Assembly: GCA_965200835.1 (NCBI GenBank)
Contig: OZ241390.1
Span: 450,518 to 514,517, forward strand
Source: Acidimicrobiia bacterium
GTDB taxonomy: Bacteria; Actinomycetota; Acidimicrobiia; Spongiisociales; Spongiisociaceae
Direction: 5' to 3'
DNA length: 64,000 bases
The notes under the pieces were generated by a model. That model saw only the letters and a program-made list of their open reading frames with translations, searched no databases and was not told the DNA's origin. Of this stretch, positions 28,464 to 40,799 are shown one piece after another; within the stretch, counting starts at the first letter, position 1; every line of letters starts with the position of its first letter. The position numbers were made by a program, and so were the translations under genes.

Positions 28464-31400
28464 CGAAACACGCCAGCGGGATCGGTGAGGTCCGCCCCCC
28501 CGTAATGGCTGTCCCCGTTCTCGTCGAGATCGGACATCTGCAAGGAAGCCAGCCAGTCGGCCCCCAGATCGGTAGGTAGGGCGCTGGCCTCCGGAAGGTG
28601 CGGTTGGATCGACTGGTAACGAGCGGCCCCGGTTCCCGCCGGCACCAGCTTGCCGATGATCACGTTCTCCTTCAGCCCGCGCAGATAGTCCGAACGACCG
28701 TTGATGGCCGCCTCCGTAAGCACCCGGGTCGTCTCCTGGAAGGAAGCCGCTGACAGCCAGGAATCGGTGGCGAGCGACGCCTTGGTGATCCCCATCAGCT
28801 CGCGACGCCCCTCGGCCGGCTGCTTGCCCTCGATCAGCAGCTGCTTGTTGACCTCCCGGAACTCCCCTTCGTCCACCATCTGCTGGGGCAGGAACTCGGA
28901 GTCGTTGGCGTTCACGATCTTCACCTTCCGGAGCATCTGGCGAACTATCAGCTCAATGTGCTTGTCGTGAATGTCAACACCCTGGGAGCGGTAGACCTCC
29001 TGTACTTGCCCGACCAGGTAGGTCTGGCAAGCCTTCACACCCTGGAGCTGGCAGACCTCCTTGGGGTCGAGCGGTCCCTCCGTCAAGGCGGTACCCGCCC
29101 TGACGTGATGGCCGTCGCGGACGGTTAGGCGGGCCCGCCGGGAGACCTTGTAGGTCTTCTCCCCGTGGCCGTCCGAAGCCTGGACCACGATGGCCCGGCC
29201 TTCCTCTCCCGAGTCCTCCAGCCGCACCGTGCCGCTCAGCTCCGACAGGGTTGCCTTACCCTTCGGGGAGCGAGCCTCGAACAGCTCCACCACCCGCGGA
29301 AGGCCGTGGGTGATGTCCAGGCCGGCCACCCCTCCGGTGTGGAAGGTACGCATGGTCAGCTGGGTACCCGGTTCCCCGATGGACTGAGCAGCCATGATGC
29401 CGACCGCTTCACCCGGTTCTACCATCCGGCCGGTAGCCATGCTCAGACCGTAGGACGCCCGGCTGATCCCGTAGCGGCTCTCATCGGTGAGCGGTGAACG
29501 AACCCTGATCCGGCGCACCGAGGATGCCTCTTCGAGAGCTACCATCCCGTAGCGGTCGATCACCTCCCCGGCTACCAGCTGGTGTCCGTCCCTGGTGACC
29601 AGTGGCTCACCATCGACCGTCACATCATCGACCAGTACCCTTCCGAAAACCCGGTTGCGCAGGTTGCGGATCACTTGGTCACCCTCACCCAGACGTATCG
29701 GTATGTCGATCCCCCGGTCCTCGGTGTCCTCGTCATGCACGATGATCTCCTGAGCCACATCGACCAGCCGGCGGGTGAGATAACCGGAGTCGGCCGTTCT
29801 CAACGCGGTGTCGGCCAGACCCTTGCGGGCGCCGTGGGTGGAGTTGAAATACTCCAGTACCGAGAGTCCCTCCCGGAAGTTGGAAGTGATCGGGCGGGGA
29901 ATGATGTCCCCTTTGGGATTGGCCACCAGACCACGCATACCGGCAATCTGGCGCACCTGCATCATATTTCCCCGGGCACCCGAGGTCAGCATCATGTCGA
30001 TCGGGTTGAAAAGCCCCGCCGAGAGCGACTCCCGCATCGAGTTGGTGACCGCCTCGGTGGCTTCCGTCCAGTTCTCGATCAGCTCCTGATCACGCTCAGC
30101 ATCGGTGATTATCCCTCTCTGATACTGGAGATCGTACTTGTCGGCCCGCTTCTGGAACCTGTTGATGATCCTCTTCTTGTCCTTGGGGGTAAGTACGTCG
30201 CTCAAACCGATCGTGAGCCCGGCCCTGGTGGCGTACTCGAAACCGAGTCGTTTTATCCCGTCGAGGGTGCGCTGCACCTCGTTCTTGTTGTAACGCTCGA
30301 TGATCTCGCGGATCAGGTCCCGGGCATCGCTCTTGAGAATGCGGGAGTCCAGCACCGGGAAGTCGGACGGCAGCACACTGCTGAGCAAAGTCCTGCCCAG
30401 GGTGGTCTCGACCAGCTCATCCGGTGCGACCGGTTCGTCGGTTATCAGGTGGGAAATGAACGCCTTCAACTCGGCGTGAACCTCAGGATCACCGGCGATG
30501 TCGCCCATCCGCAGCGTGATGGGTGCGTGGAGGGACAGCTCCCCCAGGTCGTATGCCATGACCGCTTCGTCGATGTCGACGAAGCTTCTCCCTGCTCCCT
30601 TGGCGTTCGGAACCTTCTCGGACAGGTAATAGATGCCGATGACCATGTCCTGGGAGGGGGTCACGATCGGCCGGCCGCTGGCCGGGGACAGGACGTTGTT
30701 GGTGGACAGCATCAACACCCGCGCCTCGGCCTGGGCTTCAGCCGATAGGGGGAGATGCACCGCCATCTGATCCCCGTCGAAGTCGGCGTTGAACGCTTCA
30801 CACACGAGCGGATGTATCTGGATGGCCTTCCCCTCCACCAGGACGGGCTCGAAAGCCTGGATACCCAACCTATGCAGGGTGGGAGCCCGGTTCAGGAGGA
30901 CCGGATGCTCCTGGATCACCTCCTTCAGAACGTCCCACACCTGACTACGCTGGCGCTCCACCATCCGCTTGGCCGACTTGATGTTCTGGGCCAGATCCCG
31001 ATCCACCAGCCTCTTCATGACGAAGGGCTTCAACAGTTCGAGCGCCATTACCTTGGGCAGTCCACACTGGTGAAGATGGAGGTCGGGGCCGACGATGATG
31101 ACCGAGCGACCCGAGTAGTCGACCCTCTTCCCGAGCAGGTTCTGGCGGAACCGGCCCTGCTTGCCCTTCAACATGTCCGACAAAGACTTGAGAGCGCGCT
31201 TCCCCTGAGCGGTCACCGCCTTGCCCCGCCTGCCGTTGTCGAACAGGGCGTCCACTGCCTCCTGGAGCATGCGCTTCTCGTTGTTGACGATGATCTCCGG
31301 GGCGTTCAGATCGAGCAATCTCTTGAGCCGGTTGTTACGGTTGATGACCCTTCGGTACAGATCGTTCAGGTCCGAGGTGGCGAACCTGCCTCCGTCCAGC

Positions 31401-32449
31401 TCCACCATGGGACGCAGATCGGGCGGGATCACCGGCACCGCCTCGACTATCAGGCTCTCGGCCGAGTGCTTGCCCTCCCAAAAAGGCTTCACCACCTTGA
31501 TGCGCTGTGAGGCCCTATGGCGTCGCTGCGCCGACCGTGCCACCAGGTTCTCCCGTAACAGCTCCATCTCGGCATCCAAGTCGATCCGCGACAGCAGGGT
31601 CTTGACCGCTTCCGCACCCATGCCTCCTGCTAAATACTCCGAGTAGCTTCCCTCGAGCTCCCGCCACAGTGGCCCGGAATCGATCAGCTGCTTGGTCTTG
31701 AGCGAGCGGAACTCCTGGAACGCCTCCTCGATCAACCCAGCTTCATGGACCGCACCTTCCTCACGATCCTTGATCTCCCGTTCGACGTCGGCGCAGCGGG
31801 CCTTGATCTCCTGCGGCTTGGCGCCACCTTCCTCCATCCGGGCGACTTCCTGCTCGAGCCGGGCGAGCCGCTCTTCCTTCCACTCCTCGAACTCCTCACT
31901 CACCACCTCGAGCTCGGCGTCCTTCCTCCGCTCCAGGTCGGGTAGATCGGTGAGCCGCTTCCTCTCATCGAGGTGGGTTATCACGTACGCGGCGAAGTAG
32001 ATCACCTTCTCCAGGTTCTTGGGGGACATGTCGAGCAGGTAGCCGAGGCGGGAAGGAACCCCTTTGAAGAACCAGATGTGGGTTACCGGCGCGGCCAGCT
32101 CTATGTGGCCCATCCGTTCCCGGCGGACCTTGCTCCGGGTTACCTCCACATTGCACTTCTCGCAAGTGATGCCCTTGTAGCGGATGCGCTTGTACTTGCC
32201 GCAGGCGCACTCCCAGTCCTTCTGGGGACCGAAAATACGCTCGTCGAACAGGCCCTCCTTCTCGGGCTTCAGGGTGCGGTAGTTGATGGTCTCCGGCTTC
32301 TTTACCTCACCGAACGACCATGACCGCACCTGGTCGGACGAGGCGAGGCCGATCTTGAGCTCGTCGAACAGATCGCTCGCGGCGGGACCATCATGGCCCC
32401 GGTAGTTCGTGTAGTGGCCATACTGTTCAGGTCTGGAACCCCAATCCAC
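28460..32449 (-). CDS. rpoC: DNA-directed RNA polymerase subunit beta'
   Basis: Full-length beta' motifs (zinc finger CxxC..CxKC, NADFDGD). Start set at GTG 32447-32449, just past the rpoB stop; the ORF track start overlaps rpoB by 100 nt. Confidence 0.96.
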   Translation of the reverse strand: MDWGSRPEQYGHYTNYRGHDGPAASDLFDELKIGLASSDQVRSWSFGEVKKPETINYRTLKPEKEGLFDERIFGPQKDWECACGKYKRIRYKGITCEKCNVEVTRSKVRRERMGHIELAAPVTHIWFFKGVPSRLGYLLDMSPKNLEKVIYFAAYVITHLDERKRLTDLPDLERRKDAELEVVSEEFEEWKEERLARLEQEVARMEEGGAKPQEIKARCADVEREIKDREEGAVHEAGLIEEAFQEFRSLKTKQLIDSGPLWRELEGSYSEYLAGGMGAEAVKTLLSRIDLDAEMELLRENLVARSAQRRHRASQRIKVVKPFWEGKHSAESLIVEAVPVIPPDLRPMVELDGGRFATSDLNDLYRRVINRNNRLKRLLDLNAPEIIVNNEKRMLQEAVDALFDNGRRGKAVTAQGKRALKSLSDMLKGKQGRFRQNLLGKRVDYSGRSVIIVGPDLHLHQCGLPKVMALELLKPFVMKRLVDRDLAQNIKSAKRMVERQRSQVWDVLKEVIQEHPVLLNRAPTLHRLGIQAFEPVLVEGKAIQIHPLVCEAFNADFDGDQMAVHLPLSAEAQAEARVLMLSTNNVLSPASGRPIVTPSQDMVIGIYYLSEKVPNAKGAGRSFVDIDEAVMAYDLGELSLHAPITLRMGDIAGDPEVHAELKAFISHLITDEPVAPDELVETTLGRTLLSSVLPSDFPVLDSRILKSDARDLIREIIERYNKNEVQRTLDGIKRLGFEYATRAGLTIGLSDVLTPKDKKRIINRFQKRADKYDLQYQRGIITDAERDQELIENWTEATEAVTNSMRESLSAGLFNPIDMMLTSGARGNMMQVRQIAGMRGLVANPKGDIIPRPITSNFREGLSVLEYFNSTHGARKGLADTALRTADSGYLTRRLVDVAQEIIVHDEDTEDRGIDIPIRLGEGDQVIRNLRNRVFGRVLVDDVTVDGEPLVTRDGHQLVAGEVIDRYGMVALEEASSVRRIRVRSPLTDESRYGISRASYGLSMATGRMVEPGEAVGIMAAQSIGEPGTQLTMRTFHTGGVAGLDITHGLPRVVELFEARSPKGKATLSELSGTVRLEDSGEEGRAIVVQASDGHGEKTYKVSRRARLTVRDGHHVRAGTALTEGPLDPKEVCQLQGVKACQTYLVGQVQEVYRSQGVDIHDKHIELIVRQMLRKVKIVNANDSEFLPQQMVDEGEFREVNKQLLIEGKQPAEGRRELMGITKASLATDSWLSAASFQETTRVLTEAAINGRSDYLRGLKENVIIGKLVPAGTGAARYQSIQPHLPEASALPTDLGADWLASLQMSDLDENGDSHYGGADLTDPAGVFR

Positions 32450-32453
32450 GATG

Positions 32454-35400
32454 TCAACCTTCTTCCCTGCGCTCGGGGCGCGACAGATCAATGCCCAGTG
32501 ATTCTGCAGTCCGGTAGAGATCTTCGTCCAGGTCTCTGAACTGGATCTCCTCACCCGCCGATAGCAGCTCTACGTTGAGACACAGACTTTGCATCTCTTT
32601 GATGAGAACTTTGAAGGAGGCCGGCACTCCCGGCGGCGGGATGTTGTCGCCTTTTACGATCGACTCGTACACCTTTACCCGGCCCAGCACATCGTCGGAC
32701 TTGATGGTCAGCAGCTCCTGGAGTGCGTAGGCGGCGCCGTATGCCTCCAACGCCCAAACCTCCATCTCCCCAAAACGCTGGCCGCCGAATTGAGCCTTTC
32801 CTCCCAGCGGCTGCTGGGTGATCATGGAATAGGGTCCGGTGGAACGGGCATGAAGCTTGTCGTCGACCAGGTGCACCAGTTTGAGTATGTAGAGATAGCC
32901 GACGGTTATCGCCTGATCGAACGGCAGACCGGTACGGCCGTCGTACAAGGTGGCCTTGCCATCTTCGTCGATCAGACGGTCGCCGTCCCGGTTCGAGCGG
33001 CTGTAGCGCAGGACCTTCGCGATCTCCTCCTCACGCGCGCCGTCGAAGACCGGGGTGGCCACCCGCGACCAGGGCGGCATCCCGCCGGCGGCCGGACCGC
33101 CTCCTCGGAAGGACCGCCAGCCATGAGCAGCCGCCCAGCCGAGATGGGTCTCGAGAACCTGCCCGAGGTTCATACGAGAGGGGACCCCCAGCGGGGACAG
33201 GACGATGTCGACCGGGGTGCCGTCCGCCAGGAACGGCATGTCCTCCTCGGGAAGGATCTTGGCGATCACCCCCTTGTTGCCATGGCGACCGGCCAGCTTG
33301 TCCCCTTCCGAGATCTTGCGCTGGCTGGCTACATACACCCTGACCAGGTCGTTCACACCGGGGGGAAGATCGTCGAATCCTTCGTCACGCCGGAACACTT
33401 TCACATCGATTACCTTGCCGGCCTCCCCGTGGGGAACCTTAAGGGAGGAGTCCCGAACCTCCCGGGCCTTCTCACCGAAGATGGCCCTCAGCAGGCGCTC
33501 CTCCGGGGTCATCTCGGTTTCACCCTTGGGGGTGACCTTCCCGACCAGATAGTCGCCCGGACCCACATCGGCCCCTACCCGAATGATTCCCTCGTCATCC
33601 AGGTCCTTGAGGACCTCCTCGGCCACGTTGGGAATGTCGCGGGTTATCTCCTCGGCGCCCAGCTTGGTGTCCCGCGCATCGATCTCGTACTCCTCGATGT
33701 GGATCGAGGTCAGCACGTCCTCCTTGACCAAGCGCTGGCTGAGCACGATGGCGTCCTCGAAGTTGTGACCCTTCCAGGGCATGAAGGCGGCCAGCAGGTT
33801 CTTTCCGAGGGCCAGCTCGCCCCCATCGGTGGAGGGACCATCGGCGATCACGGTTCCCTCCTGCACCTGTTGACCCACCGAGACCACCGGCTTCTGGTTG
33901 ATGGACGTACCCTGGTTGGAGCGTTCGAACTTCCGGAGAGGGAAGCGGTGGGCATCGCCGTTCCCGGACCCGGCCACCACTATCTCGTCCCCGGTCACCG
34001 AGATGACTTCGCCCGCCACGTCGGAGATGATCAGATCTCCGGAGTCCTGGGCCGCTCTGGCCTCCACTCCGGTGCCGACCAGAGGAGCGTCCGTTTGCAG
34101 GAGTGGGACGGCCTGGCGCTGCATGTTGGAGCCCATCAGGGCCCGGTTGGCGTCATCGTGCTCCAGGAACGGTATGAGAGAGGTAGCCACCGAGACGATC
34201 TGCTTGGGAGACACGTCCATGAAGTCGACATCCCCCGGCGGCACTCGGTCGTTGACCCCGCCGTCCCTTCGCACCGAGATCCGATCCTCCTCCAAGAGTC
34301 CATCCTCCCCCAGGCGAGCGTTGGCCTGCGCGATGACGTATCTCTCCTCGTCCGATGCGGTCAAGTACTTGATCTCCTCGGTCACCCGGCCGCTCTCGAC
34401 CTTCCGATAAGGGGTCTCGATGAAACCGAACTTGTTGACCCGGGCGTAGCTGGCCAATGAACCGATCAACCCGATGTTGGGACCCTCAGGGGTCTCTATC
34501 GGACACATCCTCCCGTAATGCGAGGTATGAACATCCCGCACCTCGAACCCGGCCCGCTCCCTGGAGACGCCGCCGGGACCCAGGGCGGACAGCCGGCGGC
34601 GGTGCGTCAGCCCGGCCAGCGGGTTGGGCTGGTCCATGAACTGGCTGAGCTGGCTGGAGCCGAAGAACTCTTTGATCGATCCCACCACGGGCCGGATATT
34701 GATGAGGCTCTGGGGAGTGATCGAATCGGGATCCTGGGTGGTCATCCGCTCCCGGACCTGGCGCTCCATCCGGCTGAGACCCACCCGTATCTGGTTCTGT
34801 ACCAGCTCCCCGACAGTCCGCACCCGCCGGTTACCGAAGTGGTCCGTGTCATCGGTCTGCACCGGTATCGGATTGCCCAAGGCGGTGGTCATCACCGGCT
34901 TGCGCTCGTGCAGATGGACCATGTAGCGGATCGTGTCGACCAGGTCATCGGCGCTGAGGAGGCCGTTGCCCTCCCCATGCCCATCGGGGTGCCGGAACTT
35001 CTGGTTGACCTTGTAACGGCCGACGTGGGTGAGGTCGTAACGCCTCGCGTTTCTGAAGACAGAGTCGATGAGTCCCCGAGCCGACTCCGCCGTGGTTGGT
35101 TCGCCCGGCCGTTGCTTCCGGTAGAAATCGAGCAGGGCCTCGTCGGGGTCCTTTACCGGGTCACGTTCCAGCGTGGTACGGATGACCTTGGATCCGTCGA
35201 ACATCTCGATGATCTGTTCATCGGAGTCCGCGATACCGAGGGCCCGGATGAAGGCGGTTATGTACTGGCGTCGTTTGCGGTCGACCTTGACACCCAGCGT
35301 GTCACGCTTGTCGATATCGAATTGCAGCCAGGCGCCCTGACCGGGAATTATCTTGGCACCGTACAGATCCCTGTGGGACGTCTTGTCGATGGAATGGTCG

Positions 35401-35858
35401 AAGTAGACACCCGGCGAGCGCACCAGCTGGCTCACCACCACGCGCTCGGTTCCGTTGATGATGAACGTCCCGTTGCGGGTCATCATGGGAAAGTCACCTA
35501 GGAACACCCGCTGCTCCTTTATCTCACCCGTACCTCGGTTCACGAAGCGGGCGATTACGTGGAGCGGTTGGGAGTAGCTCGTATCGCGTTCCTTGGCCTC
35601 CTCGACGGTCATCAGCGGATCACCGAAGTAGTGTTTGCTGAGATCCAGAGCGAGGGACCCCGAGAAGTCTTCAATCGGAGAAACCCGCTTGAAGATCCGA
35701 CTCAACCCCTGCTCCAGGAACCACGAGAAGGATTCCTTCTGAACCGAAATCAAGTCGGGTAGCGTAAGAACTTCGGGAATCTTGGAGAACGACAAGCGTT
35801 CCGCGGCTTGAGCTATGGCCAAAGTTTCCTCCTCGAGACTTGCGACCGGACTCCACAC
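32454..35858 (-). CDS. rpoB: DNA-directed RNA polymerase subunit beta
   Basis: 1134 aa with canonical beta-subunit blocks. GTG start at 35856-35858. Confidence 0.97.
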   Translation of the reverse strand: MWSPVASLEEETLAIAQAAERLSFSKIPEVLTLPDLISVQKESFSWFLEQGLSRIFKRVSPIEDFSGSLALDLSKHYFGDPLMTVEEAKERDTSYSQPLHVIARFVNRGTGEIKEQRVFLGDFPMMTRNGTFIINGTERVVVSQLVRSPGVYFDHSIDKTSHRDLYGAKIIPGQGAWLQFDIDKRDTLGVKVDRKRRQYITAFIRALGIADSDEQIIEMFDGSKVIRTTLERDPVKDPDEALLDFYRKQRPGEPTTAESARGLIDSVFRNARRYDLTHVGRYKVNQKFRHPDGHGEGNGLLSADDLVDTIRYMVHLHERKPVMTTALGNPIPVQTDDTDHFGNRRVRTVGELVQNQIRVGLSRMERQVRERMTTQDPDSITPQSLINIRPVVGSIKEFFGSSQLSQFMDQPNPLAGLTHRRRLSALGPGGVSRERAGFEVRDVHTSHYGRMCPIETPEGPNIGLIGSLASYARVNKFGFIETPYRKVESGRVTEEIKYLTASDEERYVIAQANARLGEDGLLEEDRISVRRDGGVNDRVPPGDVDFMDVSPKQIVSVATSLIPFLEHDDANRALMGSNMQRQAVPLLQTDAPLVGTGVEARAAQDSGDLIISDVAGEVISVTGDEIVVAGSGNGDAHRFPLRKFERSNQGTSINQKPVVSVGQQVQEGTVIADGPSTDGGELALGKNLLAAFMPWKGHNFEDAIVLSQRLVKEDVLTSIHIEEYEIDARDTKLGAEEITRDIPNVAEEVLKDLDDEGIIRVGADVGPGDYLVGKVTPKGETEMTPEERLLRAIFGEKAREVRDSSLKVPHGEAGKVIDVKVFRRDEGFDDLPPGVNDLVRVYVASQRKISEGDKLAGRHGNKGVIAKILPEEDMPFLADGTPVDIVLSPLGVPSRMNLGQVLETHLGWAAAHGWRSFRGGGPAAGGMPPWSRVATPVFDGAREEEIAKVLRYSRSNRDGDRLIDEDGKATLYDGRTGLPFDQAITVGYLYILKLVHLVDDKLHARSTGPYSMITQQPLGGKAQFGGQRFGEMEVWALEAYGAAYALQELLTIKSDDVLGRVKVYESIVKGDNIPPPGVPASFKVLIKEMQSLCLNVELLSAGEEIQFRDLDEDLYRTAESLGIDLSRPERREEG

Positions 35859-36227
35859 GAACCCGCGCCGGGTCCTTTCGTCAATCCGTTACTGTCGTGG
35901 TCCCCCTCAAGACCTTCCGGACCCGGGCACCACACCCCCCGGACCCGTTGACGGTGATGCTGGCTGGGACTAAAGGGATGCGGACATGGCAAAAGGCAGG
36001 AAGGCACGCGGCCGCCCCGCCTCTACCAGGCCCAAGCAAAAATTCAGTTGCTATCGACGGACTCCCCGCTGCATCTTCCTCCGGGCGACACCGTCCACTT
36101 CCCGTGCCATTTTAGGGGAAGGCGGCTACGGAAGTCAAGGGTTTTCCGGCACGTCCTCCTGCCAGCTGGAGAAAGTGGCTGGAACCGCACCCGGGTGTAA
36201 TCGTGTCCAGACAACATAGTTCGGTGA

Positions 36228-36611
36228 CTAGCGTACCTCTACACTGCCTCCCACGGCCTCGATCTTCGCCTTGGCCGCCTCCGCCTCCTCCTTGGACACG
36301 GCTTCGAGCACGGTGTTGGGAATGCCGTCCACCAGCGCCTTGGCCTCCTTGAGTCCCAACCTGGTCATGGCCCGGACTTCCTTGATGACCTGGATCTTCT
36401 TCTGGCCGGACGAGGTCAGGACCAAGTCGAACTCGACCTGCTCCTCCTCTGGTTCAGCATCCGCCTCGGTGCCGGGTGCCATGGCGACGCCCATCGAGAC
36501 GGCCGCGGTCACATCGAAGTGGCTCTCGAATGCATCCAAGAATTCCTTCAGTTCGAGGACGGTCATCTCCTCGAAGACGCTCAACAACTCTGCATTGCTC
36601 ATCCTGGCCAT
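36228..36611 (-). CDS. rplL: 50S ribosomal protein L7/L12
   Basis: Typical L12 N-terminal dimerisation helix, Ala/Glu hinge, and C-terminal domain (KIQVIKEVRAMTRLGLKEAKALVD). Confidence 0.95.
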   Translation of the reverse strand: MARMSNAELLSVFEEMTVLELKEFLDAFESHFDVTAAVSMGVAMAPGTEADAEPEEEQVEFDLVLTSSGQKKIQVIKEVRAMTRLGLKEAKALVDGIPNTVLEAVSKEEAEAAKAKIEAVGGSVEVR

Positions 36612-36655
36612 GATCTCTCCTTATAGGTGGGATAGGTACTTCCGGCGTCCTAGGG

Positions 36656-37198
36656 CTATCCGGAGTCGGATCCGCCCTCCGCCGCCTCTTTCTTCTCGAT
36701 GAGTTGGGAGAACACCGATGCGGCCTCCCTGGTGAACGAACCCACCAGGAACGCGGCCTTGGACAGGGGCCCCTTCACCGCACCAGCTATCTTCGCCAGC
36801 AGCACATCTCGACCTTCGATGGCCGCGATGGCCCGTATCTGATCGGGGTCCACCACTTGATGCTGCAAGAGCCCGGCCTTCACGACCAAGCCGTCGTTCT
36901 CCTTGCTGAAATCGATCAGGGCCTTGGCGGCCGGCACCGGGTCGTCCTTCACGAATGTGACGGCTGTGGGACCGGTCAGCCACTCATCCAGGTCCTCATG
37001 GCCCAGCTCGTGCAATGCCCTCCGGGTGAGGGTCATCTTCAAGACCTTGTAGCGCGCCCCCGCTTCGCCCAGTGCCCTCCGGAGCTCCTGCTGGTGGGGA
37101 ACGGTCAGACCGCGATACTCGGTCAGGAAGGAAGCCGAAGAACCGGCAAAGTGTTCCTTTATTTCTGCGATGGCCCGGACCTTTTCGGGACGTGGCAT
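36656..37198 (-). CDS. rplJ: 50S ribosomal protein L10
   Basis: L10 fold, immediately upstream of rplL. Start at MPRPEKV (ATG 37196-37198). Confidence 0.9.
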   Translation of the reverse strand: MPRPEKVRAIAEIKEHFAGSSASFLTEYRGLTVPHQQELRRALGEAGARYKVLKMTLTRRALHELGHEDLDEWLTGPTAVTFVKDDPVPAAKALIDFSKENDGLVVKAGLLQHQVVDPDQIRAIAAIEGRDVLLAKIAGAVKGPLSKAAFLVGSFTREAASVFSQLIEKKEAAEGGSDSG

Positions 37199-37512
37199 CA
37201 ATCCTCCGCTGTTCTCGTGATGGTGCCTCGCCTGGCACCGTCTCCGTAGGGCGGGCGCGTCCACCCGAGGCGGCGACAGCGAGGGGGGATGGAGAGAACC
37301 GGCAACGGCATCTCCGATCGACCTCGGCAGGCGGATCCGTCGGTGGGATCCCTTTAGGCCGCCCTGCGGGAGGTACCCGCACAGTCGGCACCGGCTGTCT
37401 GTGGCCCGGGTCGGGAATACACCCTAACCGGCTACAGATTAGACGATCGACCAGCACAAGCAAAACGGTCGTTTGTGAAGCGGCTAGTGCCCGACGTCGA
37501 CCTGCTGGATCC
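37199..37512 (-). promoter_or_regulatory. rplJ 5' leader (expected site of the L10-L12 autoregulatory leader)
   Basis: A 314-nt untranslated spacer between rplA and rplJ. It is assigned by position and by established knowledge of L10 operon autoregulation; the structure was not verified. Confidence 0.35.
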
Positions 37513-38229
37513 TCATCGTCGCTGGGCTATCAGGCGGTCGATCCGCGCCACCTCGACCTTGACGCCGGGTCCCATGGTGGATGAGACCGAGAGGTTCTTC
37601 AGGTAGGTTCCCTTAGCGGCAGCCGGCTTCACCCGGATGATCTCTCCCACCAGCGCGGCCAGGTTCTCGGTCAGGCGGTCAGCTGTGAACGAAGCCTTGC
37701 CGATGGGAGCTGCGATGTTGCCGTACCGGTCGTTGCGGTACTCGATCTTCCCACCCTTGAACTCCCGAACGGTGGTCGCCACATCCCTGGTTATCGTGCC
37801 CGCTTTGGGGTTGGGCATTAGACCGCGCGGCCCGAGCAACCTCCCCAGACGACCCACCCTCGGCATCATGTCAGGAGTGGCTATCGCCACGTCGAAATTG
37901 ATCTCACCACCCCCGGCCAGCCGATCGACCAGGTCCTGGCCTCCGACCACCTCGGCCCCGGCCCGCTCGGCCTCCAGCTGCTGGTCACCCCCTGTGAACA
38001 CCGCCACCCGCACGCTCTTTCCGGTTCCGTGCGGGAGCTGAACCGTTCCCCGGACCAGCTGGTCGGCTCGGCGGGGATCGATACCGAGCTTCATCACCGC
38101 CTCGACCGTCTCGTCGAAGCGGGCTGATGCCATCTGTTTGACCAGCTTGACCGCCTCGGAAGGGGAATGGCTCTCGTACTTGTCGAACGTAGCGGCCATC
38201 TGGTTGTACCGCTTGCCCCTTCGGGCCAT
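37513..38229 (-). CDS. rplA: 50S ribosomal protein L1
   Basis: L1 family sequence. Start at MARRGKRY (ATG 38227-38229). Confidence 0.92.
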   Translation of the reverse strand: MARRGKRYNQMAATFDKYESHSPSEAVKLVKQMASARFDETVEAVMKLGIDPRRADQLVRGTVQLPHGTGKSVRVAVFTGGDQQLEAERAGAEVVGGQDLVDRLAGGGEINFDVAIATPDMMPRVGRLGRLLGPRGLMPNPKAGTITRDVATTVREFKGGKIEYRNDRYGNIAAPIGKASFTADRLTENLAALVGEIIRVKPAAAKGTYLKNLSVSSTMGPGVKVEVARIDRLIAQRR

Positions 38230-38313
38230 GGTTCCTCCTTGTGGTACTTGCGAGCCGCTCTCGGGCGGCTCTCCCAACTGTGTTCTCGACTGGGATTGGT
38301 CCCCAGCCGGTGG

Positions 38314-38745
38314 CTATCGATCAGCTATTACTATCCCCATCGACCTGGCCGTGCCTGCCACGATCTTCATCGCCCCTTCGATGTCGTTGGTGTTGAGATC
38401 CGGGAGCTTGGTAGTGGCTATCCGGCGAAGCTGATCTGTGGAAAGGGTGGCGACTTTCTCGCGGTTGGGCTCCGCAGATCCCTTTTCGATGCGGGCGGCC
38501 TGCCGGAGTAGGACGGCGGCCGGGGGTGTCTTGGTCACGAACGTGAAGGACCGGTCGCCGTAGATCGTCACTTCCGCGGGAACGATGGTTCCCAGCTGGG
38601 CCTTGGTCGCCTCGTTGTAAGACCTGACGAACTCCATGATGTTGATGCCGTATTGGCCCAGGGCGGGCCCCACCGGGGGCGCCGGGCTGGCCTCCCCAGC
38701 CGGAATCTGGAGCTTCAGAATTGCTGTGACCCGTTTTCTACCCAT
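38314..38745 (-). CDS. rplK: 50S ribosomal protein L11
   Basis: L11 N-terminal domain with the PPVGPALGQ motif. 143 aa. Confidence 0.93.
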   Translation of the reverse strand: MGRKRVTAILKLQIPAGEASPAPPVGPALGQYGINIMEFVRSYNEATKAQLGTIVPAEVTIYGDRSFTFVTKTPPAAVLLRQAARIEKGSAEPNREKVATLSTDQLRRIATTKLPDLNTNDIEGAMKIVAGTARSMGIVIADR

Positions 38746-38809
38746 GATGGCCGTTGTCCTCTGTACTAGATCTTTCCATATTGGCTAACCGGCCGGCATA
38801 CCTTGCCGG

Positions 38810-40735
38810 TCACTGCTTCTGGATGTCCTCGAAGCCGAGCTCCATAGGGGTGTCCCGGCCGAAGATCTCCACCAGCACGGTGACCTTCTGCTGATCCACA
38901 TTGATGTCCTCGACCACTCCGTTGAAGTCCGCGAAAGGTCCCGAAGCCACCCGGACAGTCTCGCCTATCTCCCAGGCCGGCTTGAAGCGGGGAGCCTTCT
39001 TGGCGGCTTCCTTCCTGAGACCCAGGAAGCGCTCGACCTCTCGCCTGGACAGGGGGGTGGGCCGGACACCACTCCCCATACCGACGAAGGCAGTTACCCC
39101 GGGAGTGTCACGCACGGCCCGCCACGAGTCGTCGTCGAGATACATGCGGATAAGGAGATAACCGGGGAACATCCGCTTATCCACTTCTTTCTTACGCCCC
39201 TGACGTATCTCGACCACCTTCTCGGTCGGGATGACCACCTCGAAGACACGATCCTGCATGTGCAGCGACTCGGTGCGCTTGGAGAGGTTGGCCTTGACCT
39301 TCTTCTCGTGACCCGAATAGGCATGGATCACATACCACGAACCCGGCTTCTCGTAGGGGCTGACCGGTTCCTCTTCCTCGATAAGCACATCTGCTGGGTC
39401 GGGAACGGGCGCCTCGGTACGGCGGGAAGCCGCCTGCCTGGCCGGCTCGGCGGCACGAGAGACGGCAGGCTCAGGTTCGGCCGCTGCCGGGGCAGCGGAT
39501 GCTGGCTCGGGCCGGACTTCCGGCAGCGATCCATCCGCCCCGAATCCCGCCGAGAGCAGGGCTGCCCCCAACGAACCGAAAGAATCCCCCTCACCCGCTG
39601 GAGCTCCCGAAGCGATACCTGACTCCCGGCCAGCCGGCCCATCCTGTTCCGGCGGAGCGGATGTCGTGCCCTCCTCGAATGCGGAGTCCCCGACCTCTGC
39701 CCCAGTTTCGGTATCGGCACCTGGGGACCCGAAGACCTCCTCGGACACCGACTCGGTAACCGGCGGCTCAGCAACAGCTCCATCACCATCCCGCATCAGC
39801 TTGTAGAGCTCCCGGAGCAAGGAGTCCCGATGCTCCCTGACCCGCTTCTTCTGTACAATGGCACCGAATGCCCCCAGAATCCGCTCGATGGTGTCGAGGG
39901 TGCGCTGAGCGTCATAGAAGGAAATGGTGCGGTAGGAATGGAGAAAGGTGGAGTAGGCCTCCTCTACCCAGCCTCTTACGTGACGTCCGTGCTTCAGTGA
40001 CCAGACGTCATCCCACGTCGCAATGACACCTCCCAGCAGGAACGCGATGCCGTCGGTCGGGATCGAGTCGGAAGGATTGTCCACCCGCTGGTTGACCGTG
40101 TCGCGCCAGCTCTTGCCATATTGTTTGGACCATCTCCTCCGGCATCGAAGGGCCAGACCCTGCTTCAGCTCCTCCCAGCAAGCCTCGATGACTTCCGGAT
40201 CGCGGATCGAAGCCTCCCCACCCACGGATGCCGACGTGGTCGCGATAGCGGGTTTGGTGACTGCTCCCGGTGAGCCGTTCCCGCGGGTGGCTTCCTTCCC
40301 GATCAGCTTCTTGAAGCGCTGCCGCCTCAGGGCCTCCCGGTGACGTTCCACCTTCTGCAGCGCAGCAACGGCGTCGAGGGAGCGGAGCAGCCGCTCGATC
40401 GTTTCGGTAGCTCTGTCGGCGTCATCGAGACTGAAGTTCTCGAATCTGGCAACCCGGCCCCGGAACTGATCGATCTCCCACACCCAGCGCAACTCGTCAG
40501 TACCGAGCCCGGGCACCGCGCTCCATATCTCATCCCAGGTGGCGATCATGCCCTTGAGCAGGAAGGCCGGGTCGTCGGTCGATGGTTCGGAGAAGGGTCG
40601 CTCGAGCTGGCCGTTGACGGTAACTCGCCATTGCGGACCGTAGCGGTCGGACCAATGACGCCTCCCGATGGGCACGATGGCTTCCCGCAAGACAGCCAGG
40701 CCGTCGTCCACCCGAGCGCGGTTGGCTATCGCCAT
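38810..40735 (-). CDS. nusG: transcription termination/antitermination factor NusG with a ~466-aa N-terminal extension (two ~135-aa tandem repeats of an unrecognised domain plus an acidic Pro/Ala-rich linker)
   Basis: The C-terminal 175 aa (38813-39337) are a canonical NusG NGN + KOW (WYVIHAYSGHEKKV...KAPRFKPAWEIGETVRV...). The ORF continues stop-free upstream to 64 nt below the secE stop. Upstream aa 10-140 and 180-312 are clear paralogous repeats. Confidence 0.8.
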   Translation of the reverse strand: MAIANRARVDDGLAVLREAIVPIGRRHWSDRYGPQWRVTVNGQLERPFSEPSTDDPAFLLKGMIATWDEIWSAVPGLGTDELRWVWEIDQFRGRVARFENFSLDDADRATETIERLLRSLDAVAALQKVERHREALRRQRFKKLIGKEATRGNGSPGAVTKPAIATTSASVGGEASIRDPEVIEACWEELKQGLALRCRRRWSKQYGKSWRDTVNQRVDNPSDSIPTDGIAFLLGGVIATWDDVWSLKHGRHVRGWVEEAYSTFLHSYRTISFYDAQRTLDTIERILGAFGAIVQKKRVREHRDSLLRELYKLMRDGDGAVAEPPVTESVSEEVFGSPGADTETGAEVGDSAFEEGTTSAPPEQDGPAGRESGIASGAPAGEGDSFGSLGAALLSAGFGADGSLPEVRPEPASAAPAAAEPEPAVSRAAEPARQAASRRTEAPVPDPADVLIEEEEPVSPYEKPGSWYVIHAYSGHEKKVKANLSKRTESLHMQDRVFEVVIPTEKVVEIRQGRKKEVDKRMFPGYLLIRMYLDDDSWRAVRDTPGVTAFVGMGSGVRPTPLSRREVERFLGLRKEAAKKAPRFKPAWEIGETVRVASGPFADFNGVVEDINVDQQKVTVLVEIFGRDTPMELGFEDIQKQ

Positions 40736-40799
40736 TGGCCGGTCTTCCTCCGCAGCGAGCGGGCCACCATCGACTCTGGCAACAGGAATGCGCTCATCA

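Noticed and set aside
35859-36227. Attenuator/terminator in the rplL-rpoB intergenic region.
   Set aside because: The region is GC-rich with several short palindromes (e.g. GCGGCCGC, CCAGCTGG), but no convincing stem plus U-tract terminator could be defined by eye.
38810-40735. Whether the nusG upstream region is a separate gene rather than an N-terminal extension.
   Set aside because: There is no stop codon between the repeat module and the NGN domain in this frame, and the ORF begins 64 nt after secE in the standard secE-nusG position. So a fusion is the parsimonious reading, although the translation start is still unproven.
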